A DNA stretch of 64,000 bases from Paragordius varius (lineage: Eukaryota; Animalia; Nematomorpha): positions 248,001-312,000 of the forward strand of contig OZ176056.1 of assembly GCA_964247055.1 (NCBI GenBank). Reading direction: 5' to 3'. Position 1 is the stretch's first letter; each line of letters opens with the position of its first letter. The position numbers and the translations under genes were made by a program. Positions 37,710-50,777 of the stretch are shown here, piece after piece. The notes beneath the pieces are model-generated. The model did not search any database and had not been told where the DNA came from. It worked only from the letters and a program-made list of their open reading frames with translations.

Positions 37710-40700
37710 CTTTCATATCCGATTTTTACAACGATACTTTAAAAATTATGGTATTAAACCAGTCGCATCAATACTCAAGTTAAAATTTGTCCTTAAAAAT
37801 TGAATATTGGTCACCGGTGAACAAAACTATTTTTTATACATTCTCTTAGTAAGACTACATCAAAATATAGAGATAATTTGACAAATTCTTTCATATCCGA
37901 TTTTTACAACGATACTTTAAAAATTAATGTATAAAACTAGTCGTATCAATACTCAAGTTAAACTTTGTCCTTAAAAATCGGATATTGGTCACCGGTGAAC
38001 AAAATTATTTTTTATACATTCTCTTAGTAAGACTATATCAAAATATAGAAATAGTTTGGCAAACTGTTTCATATCCGATTTTTACAACGATACTTTAAAA
38101 ATTAATGTATAAAACTAGTCATAAATCGCATCAATACTCAAGTTAAACTTTGTCCTTAAAAATCGGATATTGGTCACCGGTGAACAAAATTATTTTTTAT
38201 ACATTCTCTTAGTAGGACTACATCAAAATATAGAGATAGTTTGGCAAACTGTTTCATATCCGATTTTTACAACGATACTTTAAAAATTAATGTATAAAAC
38301 TAGTCGCATCAATACTCAAGTTAAACTTTGTCCTTAAAAATCGAATATTGGTCACTGGTGAACAAAATTATTTTTTATACATTCTCTTAGTAAGACTACA
38401 TCAAAATATAGAAATAGTTTGACAAACTCTTTCATATCCGATTTTTACAACGATACTTAAAAAATTAATGTATTAAACCAGTCGCATCAATACTCAAGTT
38501 AAACTTTGTCCTTAAAAATCGGATATTGGTCACCGGTGCACAAATTTATTTTTTATACATTCTCTTAGTAAGACTACATCAAAATATAGAGATAGTTTGA
38601 CAAACTCTTTCATATCCGATTTTTACAACGATACTTTAAAAATTAATGTATAAAACTAGTCGCATCAATACTCAAGTTAAACTTTATCCTTAAAAATCAG
38701 ATATTGGTCACCGGTGAACAAAATAATTTTTTATACATTCTCTTAGTAAGACTACATATAAAAATATAGAGATAGTTTGACAAACTCTTTCATATCCGAT
38801 TTTTACAACGATACTTTAAAAATTAATGTATAAAACTAGTCGTATCAATAAATCGCATCAATACTCAAGTTAAACTTTGTCCTTAAAAATCGGATATTGG
38901 TCACCGGTGAACAAAATTATTTTTTTTACATTCTCTTAGTAGGACTACATCAAAATATAGAGATAGTTTGGCTAACTGTTTCATATCCGATTTTTACAAC
39001 GATACTTTAAAAATTAATGTATAAAACTAGTCGCATCAATACTCAAGTTAAACTTTGTCCTTAAAAATCGGATATTGGTCACCGGTAAACAAAACTATTT
39101 TTTATACATTCTCTTAGCAAGACTACATCAAAATATAGAGATAGGTTTGAAAAAATCTTTCATATACGATTTTTCCAACGATACTTTAAAAATTATGGTA
39201 TTAAACCTGTCGCATCAATACTCAAGTTAAACTTTGTCCTTAAAAATCTGATATTGGTCACCGGTGAACAAAACTATTTTTTATACATTCTCTTAGTAAG
39301 ACTACATCAAAATATAGAGATAGTTTGACAAACTCTTTCATATCCGATTTTTACAACGATACTTTAAAAATTAATGTATAAAACTAGTCGTATCAATACT
39401 CAAGTTAAACTTTGTCCTTAAAAACCGGATATTGGTCACCGGTGAACAAAATTATTTTTTTACATTCTCTTAGTAAGACTACAGCAAAATATAGAAATAG
39501 TTTGCTAACTCTTTCATATCCGATTTTTACAACGATACTTTAAAAATTAATGTATAAAACTAGTCGCATCAATACTCAAGTTAAACTTTGTCCTTAAAAA
39601 TCGGATATTGGTCACCGGTGAACAAAATTATTTTTTATACATTCTCTTAGTAAGACTACATCAAAATATAGAAATAGTTTGACAAACTCTTTCATATCCG
39701 ATTTTTACAATGATACTTTAAAAATTAATGTATTAAACCAGTCGCATCAATACTCAAGTTAAACTTTGTCCTTAAAAATGGGATATTGGTCACCGGTGAA
39801 CAAAATAATTTTTTATACATTCTCTTAGTAAGACTACATATAAAAATATGATAGTTTGACAAACTCTTTCATATCCGATTTTTACAACGATACTTTAAAA
39901 ATTATGGTATTAAACCAGTCGCATCAATACTCAAGTTAAAATTTGTCCTTAAAAATTGAATATTGGTCACCGGTGAACAAAACTATTTTTTATACATTCT
40001 CTTAGTAAGACTACATCAAAATATAGAGATAATTTGACAAATTCTTTCATATCCGATTTTTACAACGATACTTTAAAAATTAATGTATAAAACTAGTCGT
40101 ATCAATACTCAAGTTAAACTTTGTCCTTAAAAATCGGATATTGGTCACCGGTGAACAAAATTATTTTTTATACATTCTCTTAGTAAGACTATATCAAAAT
40201 ATAGAAATAGTTTGGCAAACTGTTTCATATCCGATTTTTACAACGATACTTTAAAAATTAATGTATAAAACTAGTCGTATCAATAAATCGCATCAATACT
40301 CAAGTTAAACTTTGTCCTTAAAAATCGGATATTGGTCACCGGTGAACAAAATTATTTTTTATACATTCTCTTAGTAGGACTACATCAAAATATAGAGATA
40401 GTTTGGCAAACTGTTTCATATCCGATTTTTACAACGATACTTTAAAAATTAATGTATAAAACTAGTCGCATCAATACTCAAGTTAAACTTTGTCCTTAAA
40501 AATCGAATATTGGTCACTGGTGAACAAAATTATTTTTTATACATTCTCTTAGTAAGACTACATCAAAATATAGAAATAGTTTGACAAACTCTTTCATATC
40601 CGATTTTTACAACGATACTTAAAAAATTAATGTATTAAACCAGTCGCATCAATACTCAAGTTAAACTTTGTCCTTAAAAATCGGATATTGGTCACCGGTG

Positions 40701-41788
40701 CACAAATTTATTTTTTATACATTCTCTTAGTAAGACTACATCAAAATATAGAGATAGTTTGACAAACTCTTTCATATCCGATTTTTACAACGATACTTTA
40801 AAAATTAATGTATAAAACTAGTCGCATCAATACTCAAGTTAAACTTTATCCTTAAAAATCAGATATTGGTCACCGGTGAACAATATAATTTTTTATTCAT
40901 TCTCTTAGTAAGACTACATATAAAAATATAGAGATAGTTTGACAAACTCTTTCATATCCGATTTTTACAACGATACTTTAAAAATTAATGTATAAAACTA
41001 GTCGTATCAATAAATCGCATCAATACTCAAGTTAAACTTTGTCCTTAAAAATCGGATATTGGTCACCGGTGAACAAAATTATTTTTTATACATTCTCTTA
41101 GTAGGACTACATCAAAATATAGAGATAGTTTGGCTAACTGTTTCATATCCGATTTTTACAACGATACTTTAAAAATTAATGTATAAAACTAGTCGCATCA
41201 ATACTCAAGTTAAACTTTGTCCTTAAAAATCGGATATTGGTCACCGGTAAACAAAACTATTTTTTATACATTCTCTTAGCAAGACTACATCAAAATATAG
41301 AGATAGTTTGAAAAAATCTTTCATATACGATTTTTCCAACGATACTTTAAAAATTATGGTATTAAACCTGTCGCATCAATACTCAAGTTAAACTTTGTCC
41401 TTAAAAATCTGATATTGGTCACCGGTGAACAAAACTATTTTTTATACATTCTCTTAGTAAGACTACATCAAAATATAGAGATAGTTTGACAAACTCTTTC
41501 ATATCCGATTTTTACAACGATACTTTAAAAATTAATGTATAAAACTAGTCGTATCAATACTCAAGTTAAACTTTGTCCTTAAAAATCGGATATTGGTCAC
41601 CGGTGAACAAAATTATTTTTTTACATTCTCTTAGTAAGACTACAGCAAAATATAGAAATAGTTTGCTAACTCTTTCATATCCGATTTTTACAACGATACT
41701 TTAAAAATTAATGTATAAAACTAGTCGCATCAATACTCAAGTTAAACTTTGTCCTTAAAAATCGGATATTGGTCACCGGTGAACAAAA
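37710..41788 (+). repeat. 12-monomer period duplication (offset 2156-2162 bp)
   Basis: aaaaattgaat at 37801 and 39957, gtcactggtg at 38356 and 40518, and atatacgatttttcc at 39166 and 41327. The offset changes are explained by a 6-bp deletion near 38120 and a 1-bp insertion near 39145. Confidence 0.87.
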
Positions 41789-44700
41789 CTATTTTTTATA
41801 CATTCTCTTAGTAAGACTACTTCAAACTATAGAGATAATTTGACAAACTCTTTCATATCCGATTTTTACAACGATACTTTAAAAATTAATGTATAAAACT
41901 AGTCGTATCAATAAATCGCATCAATACTCAAGTTATACTTTGTCCTTAAAAATCGGATATTGGTCACCGGTGAACAAAATTATTTTTTATACATTCTCTT
42001 AGTAGGACTACATCAAAATATAGAGATAGTTTGGCAAACTGTTACATATCAGATTTTTACAACGATTAAAATTAATGTATAAAACTAGTCGCATCAATAC
42101 TCAAGTTAAACTTTGTCCTTAAAAATCGAATATTGGTCACCGGTGAATAAAATTATTTTTTATACATTCTCTTAGCAAGACTACATCAAAATATAGAGAT
42201 AGTTTGACAAACTCTTTCATATCCGATTTTTACAACGATACTTTAATAATTAATGTATAAAACTAGTCGCATCAATACTCAAGTTAAACTTTGTCCTTAA
42301 AAATCGGATATTGGTCACCGGTGAACAAAATTATTTTTTATACATTCTCTTAGTAAGACTACATCAAAATATAGAAATAGTTTGACAAACTCTTTCATAT
42401 CCGATTTTTACAACGATACTTTAAAAATTAATGTATTAAACTAGTCGCATCAATACTCAAGTTAAACTTTGTCCTTAAAAATCGGATATTGGTCACCGGT
42501 GAACAAAATTATTTTTTATACATTCTCTTAGCAAGACTACATCAAAATATAGAGATAGTTTGACAAACTCTTTCATATCCGATTTTTACAACGATACTTT
42601 AAAAATTAATGTATAAAACTAGTCGCATCAATACTCAAGTTAAACTTTATCCTTAAAAATCAGATATTGGTCACCGGTGAACAAAATAATTTTTTATACA
42701 TTCTCTTAGTAAGACTACATATAAAAATATAGAGATAGTTTGACAAACTCTTTCATATCCGATTTTTACAACGATACTTTAAAAATTATGGTATTGAACC
42801 AGTCGCATCAATACTCAAGTTAAACTTTGTCCTTAAAAATCGGATATTGGTCACCGGTGAACAAAATTATTTTTTATACATTCTCTTAGTAAGACTACAT
42901 CAAAATATAGAAATAGTTTGACAAACTCTTTCATATCCGATTTTTACAACGATACTTTAAAAATTATGGTATTAAACCAGTCGCATCAATACTCAAGTTA
43001 AACTTTGTCCTTAAAAATCGGATATTGGTCACCGGTGAACAAAACTATTTTTTATACATTCTCTTAGTAAGACTACATCAAACTATAGAGATAATTTGAC
43101 AAACTCTTTCATATCCGATTTTTACAACGATACTTTAAAAATTAATGTATAAATCTAGTCGTATCAATAAATCGCATCAATACTCAAGTTAAACTTTGTC
43201 CTTAAAAATCGGATATTGGTCACCGGTGAACAAAATTATTTTTTATACATATTCTTAGTAGGACTACATCAAAATATAGAGATAGTTTGGCAAACTGTTA
43301 CATATCCGATTTTTACAACGATACTTTAAAAATTAATGTATAAAACTAGTCGCATCAATACTCAAGTTAAACTTTGTCCTTAAAAAATCGAATATTGGTC
43401 ACCGGTGAACAAAATTATTTTTTATACATTCTCTTAGCAAGACTACATCAAAATATAGAGATAGTTTGACAAACTCTTTCATATCCGATTTTTACAACGA
43501 TACTTTAAAAATTATGGTATTGAACCAGTCGCATCAATACTCAAGTTAAACTTTGTCCTTAAAAATCGGATATTGGTCACCGGTGAACAAAATTATTTTT
43601 TATACATTCTCTTAGTAAGACTACATCAAAATATAGAAATAGTTTGACAAACTCTTTCATATCCGATTTTTACAACGATACTTTAAAAATTATGGTATTA
43701 AACCAGTCGCATCAATACTCATGTTAAACTTTGTCCTTAAAAATCGGATATTGGTCACCGGTGAACAAAACTATTTTTTATACATTCTCTTAGTAAGACT
43801 ACATCAAACTATAGAGATAATTTGACAAACTCTTTCATATCCGATTTTTACAACGATACTTTAAAAATTAATGTATAAAACTAGTCGTATCAATAAATCG
43901 CATCAATACTCAAGTTAAACTTTGTCCTTAAAAATCGGATATTGGTTACCGGTGAACAAAATTATTTTTTATACATTCTCTTAGTAGGACTACATCAAAA
44001 TATAGAGATAGTTTGGCAAACTGTTACATATCCGATTTTTACAACGATACTTTAAAAATTAATGTATAAAACTAGTCGCATCAATACTCAAGTTAAACTT
44101 TGTCCTTAAAAATCGAATATTGGTCACCTGTGAACAAAATTATTTTTTATACATTCTCTTAGCAAGACTACATCAAAATATAGAGATAGTTTGACAAACT
44201 CTTTCATATCCGATTTTTACAACGATACTTTAAAAATTATGATATTAAACCAGTCGCATCAATACTCAAGTTAAACTTTGTCCTTAAAAATCGGATATTG
44301 GTCATCGGTGAACAAAATTATTTTTTTTACATTCTCTTAGTAAGACTACATCAAAATATAGAAATAGTTTGACAAACTCTTTCATATCCGATTTTTACAA
44401 CGATACTTTAAAAATTATGGTAATAAACCAGTCGCATCAATACTCAAGTTAAACTTTGTCCTTAAAAATCGGATATTGGTCACCGGTGAACAAAATTATT
44501 TTTTATACATTCTCTTAGTAGGACTACATCAAAATATAGAGATAGTTTGGCAAACTGTTACATATCCGATTTTTACAACGATACTTTAAAAATTAATGTA
44601 TAAAACTAGTCGCATCAATACTCAAGTTAAACTTTGTCCTGAAAAATCGAATATTGGTCACCGGTGAACAAAATTACTTTTTATACATTCTCTTAGCAAG

Positions 44701-47700
44701 ACTACATCAAAATATAGAGATAGTTTGACAAACTCTTTCATATCCGATTTTTACAACGATACTTTAAAAATTATGGTATTAAACCAGTCGCATCAATACT
44801 CAAGTTAAACTTTGTCCTTAAAAATCGGATATTGGTCACCGGTGAACAAAATTATTTTTTTTACATTCTCTTAGTAAGACTACATCAAAATATAGAAATA
44901 GTTTGACAAACTCTTTCATATCCGATTTTTACAACGATACTTTAATAATTAATGTATTAAACCAGTCGCATCAATACTCAAGTTAAACTTTGTCCTTAAA
45001 AATCGGATATTGGTCACCGGTGAACAAAACTATTTTTTATACATTCTCTTAGTAAGACTACATCAAACTATAGAGATAATTTGACAAACTCTTTCATATC
45101 CGATTTTTACAACGATACTTTAAAAATTAATGTATAAATCTAGTCGTATCAATAAATCGCATCAATACTCAAGTTAAACTTTGTCCTTAAAAATCGGATA
45201 TTGGTCACCGGTGAACAAAATTATTTTTTATACATATTCTTAGTAGGACTACATCAAAATATAGAGATAGTTTGGCAAACTGTTACATATCCGATTTTTA
45301 CAACGATACTTTAAAAATTAATGTATAAAACTAGTCGCATCAATACTCAAGTTAAACTTTGTCCTTAAAAATCGGATATTGGTCACCGGTAAACAAAACT
45401 ATTTTTTATACATTCTCTTAGCAAGACTACATCAAAATATAGAGATAGTTTGAAAAAATCTTTCATATACGATTTTTCCAACGATACTTTAAAAATTATG
45501 GTATTAAACCAGTCGCATCAATACTCAAGTTAAACTTTGTCCTTAAAAATCTGATATTGGTCACCGGTGAACAAAACTATTTTTTATACATTCTCTTAGT
45601 AAGACTACATCAAAATATAGAGATAGTTTGACAAACTCTTTCATATCCGATTTTTACAACGATACTTTAAAAATTAATGTATAAAACTAGTCGTATCAAT
45701 ACTCAAGTTAAACTTTGTCCTTAAAAATCGGATATTGGTCACCGGTGAACAAAATTATTTTTTATACATTCTCTTAGTAAGACTATATCAAAATATAGAA
45801 ATAGTTTGGCAAACTGTTTCATATCCGATTTTTACAACGATACTTTAAAAATTAATGTATAAAACTAGTCGTATCAATAAATCGCATCAATACTCAAGTT
45901 AAATTTTGTCCATAAAAATCGGATATTGGTCACCGGTGAACAAAATTATTTTTTATACATTCTCTTAGTAGGACTACATCAAAATATAGAGATAGTTTGG
46001 CAAACTGTTTCATATCCGATTTTTACAACGATACTTTAAAAATTAATGTATAAAACTAGTCGCATCAATACTCAAGTTAAACTTTGTCCTTAAAAATCGG
46101 ATATTGGTCACCGGTGAACAAAATAATTTTTTATACATTCTCTTAGTAAGACTACATCAAAATATAGAGATAGTTTGACAAACTCTTTCATATCCGATTT
46201 TTACAACGATACTTTAAAAATTAATGTATAAAACTAGTCGCATCAATACTCAAGTTAAACTTTATCCTTAAAAATCAGATATTGGTCACCGGTGAACAAA
46301 ATAATTTTTTATACATTCTCTTAGTAAGACTACATATAAAAATATAGAGATAGTTTGACAAACTCTTTCATATCCGATTTTTACAACGATACTTTAAAAA
46401 TTAATGTATAAAACTAGTCGTATCAATAAATCGCATCAATACTCAAGTTAAACTTTGTCCTTAAAAATCGGATATTGGTCACCGGTGAACAAAATTATTT
46501 TTTATACATTCTCTTAGTAGGACTACATCAAAATATAGAGATAGTTTGGCTAACTGTTTCATATCCGATTTTTACAACGATACTTTAAAAATTAATGTAT
46601 AAAACTAGTCGCATCAATACTCAAGTTAAACTTTGTCCTTAAAAATCGGATATTGGTCACCGGTAAACAAAACTATTTTTTATACATTCTCTTAGCAAGA
46701 CTACATCAAAATATAGAGATAGTTTGAAAAAATCTTTCATATACGATTTTTCCAACGATACTTTAAAAATTATGGTATTAAACCAGTCGCATCAATACTC
46801 AAGTTAAACTTTGTCCTTAAAAATCTGATATTGGTCACCGGTGAACAAAACTATTTTTTATACATTCTCTTAGTAAGACTACATCAAAATATAGAGATAG
46901 TTTGACAAACTCTTTCATATCCGATTTTTACAACGATACTTTAAAAATTAATGTATAAAACTAGTCGTATCAATACTCAAGTTAAACTTTGTCCTTAAAA
47001 ATCGGATATTGGTCACCGGTGAACAAAATTATTTTTTTACATTCTCTTAGTAAGACTAGAGCAAAATATAGAAATAGTTTGCTAACTCTTTCATATCCGA
47101 TTTTTACAACGATACTTTAAAAATTAATGTATAAAACTAGTCGCATCAATACTCAAGTTAAACTTTGTCCTTAAAAATCGGATATTGGTCACCGGTGAAC
47201 AAAACTATTTTTTATACATTCTCTTAGTAAGACGACTTCAAACTATAGAGATAATTTGACAAACTCTTTCATATCCGATTTTTACAACGATACTTTAAAA
47301 AATAATGTATAAAACTAGTCGTATCAATAAATCGCATCAATACTCAAGTTATACTTTGTCCTTAAAAATCGGATATTGGTCACCGGTGAACAAAATTATT
47401 TTTTATACATTCTCTTAGTAGGACTACATCAAAATATAGAGATAGTTTGGCAAACTGTTACATATCAGATTTTTACAACGATTAAAATTAATGTATAAAA
47501 CTAGTCGCATCAATACTCAAGTTAAACTTTGTCCTTAAAAATCGAATATTGGTCACCGGTGAATAAAATTATTTTTTATACATTCTCTTAGCAAGACTAC
47601 ATCAAAATATAGAGATAGTTTGACAAACTCTTTCATATCCGATTTTTACAACGATACTTTAATAATTAATGTATAAAACTAGTCGCATCAATACTCAAGT

Positions 47701-50700
47701 TAAACTTTGTCCTTAAAAATCGGATATTGGTCACCGGTGAACAAAATTATTTTTTATACATTCTCTTAGTAAGACTACATCAAAATATAGAAATAGTTTG
47801 ACAAACTCTTTCATATCCGATTTTTACAACGATACTTTAAAAATTAATGTATTAAACTAGTCGCATCAATACTCAAGTTAAACTTTGTCCTTAAAAATCG
47901 GATATTGGTCACCGGTGAACAAAATTATTTTTTATACATTCTCTTAGCAAGACTACATCAAAATATAGAGATAGTTTGACAAACTCTTTCATATCCGATT
48001 TTTACAACGATACTTTAAAAATTAATGTATAAAACTAGTCGCATCAATACTCAAGTTAAACTTTATCCTTAAAAATCAGATATTGGTCACCGGTGAACAA
48101 AATAATTTTTTATACATTCTCTTAGTAAGACTACATATAAAAATATAGAGATAGTTTGACAAACTCTTTCATATCCGATTTTTACAACGATACTTTAAAA
48201 ATTATGGTATTGAACCAGTCGCATCAATACTCAAGTTAAACTTTGTCCTTAAAAATCGGATATTGGTCACCGGTGAACAAAATTATTTTTTATACATTCT
48301 CTTAGTAAGACTACATCAAAATATAGAAATAGTTTGACAAACTCTTTCATATCCGATTTTTACAACGATACTTTAAAAATTATGGTATTAAACCAGTCGC
48401 TTCAATACTCAAGTTAAACTTTGTCCTTAAAAATCGGATATTGGTCACCGGTGAACAAAACTATTTTTTATACATTCTCTTAGTAAGACTACATCAAACT
48501 ATAGAGATAATTTGACAAACTCTTTCATATCCGATTTTTACAACGATACTTTAAAAATTAATGTATAAATCTAGTCGTATCAATAAATCGCATCAATACT
48601 CAAGTTAAACTTTGTCCTTAAAAATCGGATATTGGTCACCGGTGAACAAAATTATTTTTTATACATATTCTTAGTAGGACTACATCAAAATATAGAGATA
48701 GTTTGGCAAACTGTTACATATCCGATTTTTACAACGATACTTTAAAAATTAATGTATAAAACTAGTCGCATCAATACTCAAGTTAAACTTTGTCCTTAAA
48801 AAATCGAATATTGGTCACCGGTGAACAAAATTATTTTTTATACATTCTCTTAGCAAGACTACATCAAAATATAGAGATAGTTTGACAAACTCTTTCATAT
48901 CCGATTTTTACAACGATACTTTAAAAATTATGGTATTGAACCAGTCGCATCAATACTCAAGTTAAACTTTGTCCTTAAAAATCGGATATTGGTCACCGGT
49001 GAACAAAATTATTTTTTATACATTCTCTTAGTAAGACTACATCAAAATATAGAAATAGTTTGACAAACTCTTTCATATCCGATTTTTACAACGATACTTT
49101 AAAAATTATGGTATTAAACCAGTCGCATCAATACTCATGTTAAACTTTGTCCTTAAAAATCGGATATTGGTCACCGGTGAACAAAACTATTTTTTATACT
49201 AGTAAGACTACATCAAACTATAGAGATAATTTGACAAACTCTTTCATATCCGATTTTTACAACGATACAAAAATTAATGTATAAAACTAGTCGTATCAAT
49301 AAATCGCATCAATACTCAAGTTAAACTTTGTCCTTAAAAATCGGATATTGGTTACCGGTGAACAAAATTATTTTTTATACATTCTCTTAGTAGGACTACA
49401 TCAAAATATAGAGATAGTTTGGCAAACTGTTACATATCCGATTTTTACAACGATACTTTAAAAATTAATGTATAAAACTAGTCGCATCAATACTCAAGTT
49501 AAACTTTGTCCTTAAAAATCGAATATTGGTCACCTGTGAACAAAATTATTTTTTATACATTCTCTTAGCAAGACTACATCAAAATATAGAGATAGTTTGA
49601 CAAACTCTTTCATATCCGATTTTTACAAATATACTTTAAAAATTATGATATTAAACCAGTCGCATCAATACTCAAGTTAAACTTTGTCCTTAAAAATCGG
49701 ATATTGGTCATCGGTGAACAAAATTATTTTTTTTACATTCTCTTAGTAAGACTACATCAAAATATAGAAATAGTTTGACAAACTCTTTCATATCCGATTT
49801 TTACAACGATACTTTAAAAATTATGGTAATAAACCAGTCGCATCAATACTCAAGTTAAACTTTGTCCTTAAAAATCGGATATTGGTCACCGGTGAACAAA
49901 ATTATTTTTTATACATTCTCTTAGTAGGACTACATCAAAATATAGAGATAGTTTGGCAAACTGTTACATATCCGATTTTTACAACGATACTTTAAAAATT
50001 AATGTATAAAACTAGTCGCATCAATACTCAAGTTAAACTTTGTCCTGAAAAATCGAATATTGGTCACCGGTGAACAAAATTAGTTTTTATACATTCTCTT
50101 AGCAAGACTACATCAAAATATAGAGATAGTTTGACAAACTCTTTCATATCCGATTTTTACAACGATACTTTAAAAATTATGGTATTAAACCAGTCGCATC
50201 AATACTCAAGTTAAACTTTGTCCTTAAAAATCGGATATTGGTCACCGGTGAACAAAATTATTTTTTTTACATTCTCTTAGTAAGACTACATCAAAATATA
50301 GAAATAGTTTGACAAACTCTTTCATATCCGATTTTTACAACGATACTTTAATAATTAATGTATTAAACCAGTCGCATCAATACTCAAGTTAAACTTTGTC
50401 CTTAAAAATCGGATATTGGTCACCGGTGAACAAAACTATTTTTTATACATTCTCTTAGTAAGACTACATCAAACTATAGAGATAATTTGACAAACTCTTT
50501 CATATCCGATTTTTACAACGATACTTTAAAAATTAATGTATAAATCTAGTCGTATCAATAAATCGCATCAATACTCAAGTTAAACTTTGTCCTTAAAAAT
50601 CGGATATTGGTCACCGGTGAACAAAATTATTTTTTATACATATTCTTAGTAGGACTACATCAAAATATAGAGATAGTTTGGCAAACTGTTACATATCCGA

Positions 50701-50777
50701 TTTTTACAACGATACTTTAAAAATTAATGTATAAAACTAGTCGCATCAATACTCAAGTTAAACTTTGTCCTTAAAAA
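40769..50777 (+). repeat. 30-monomer period duplication (offset 5416 bp; 5406 bp after 7-bp and 3-bp deletions near 49200-49270)
   Basis: ggctaact at 41135 and 46551, atatacgat at 41327 and 46743, atcagat...aacgattaaaa at 42051 and 47467, and gtcatcggtg at 44305 and 49711. Confidence 0.88.

Noticed and set aside
39160-39255. Compensatory covariation between the arms of the 14-bp inverted repeat
   Set aside because: In this monomer the left arm changes at position 10 and the right arm at position 93, but position 10 pairs with 94 and position 11 with 93. Likewise, atctgat monomers are not paired with cagat arms. I found no compensatory pair, so there is no evidence for selection on a hairpin.
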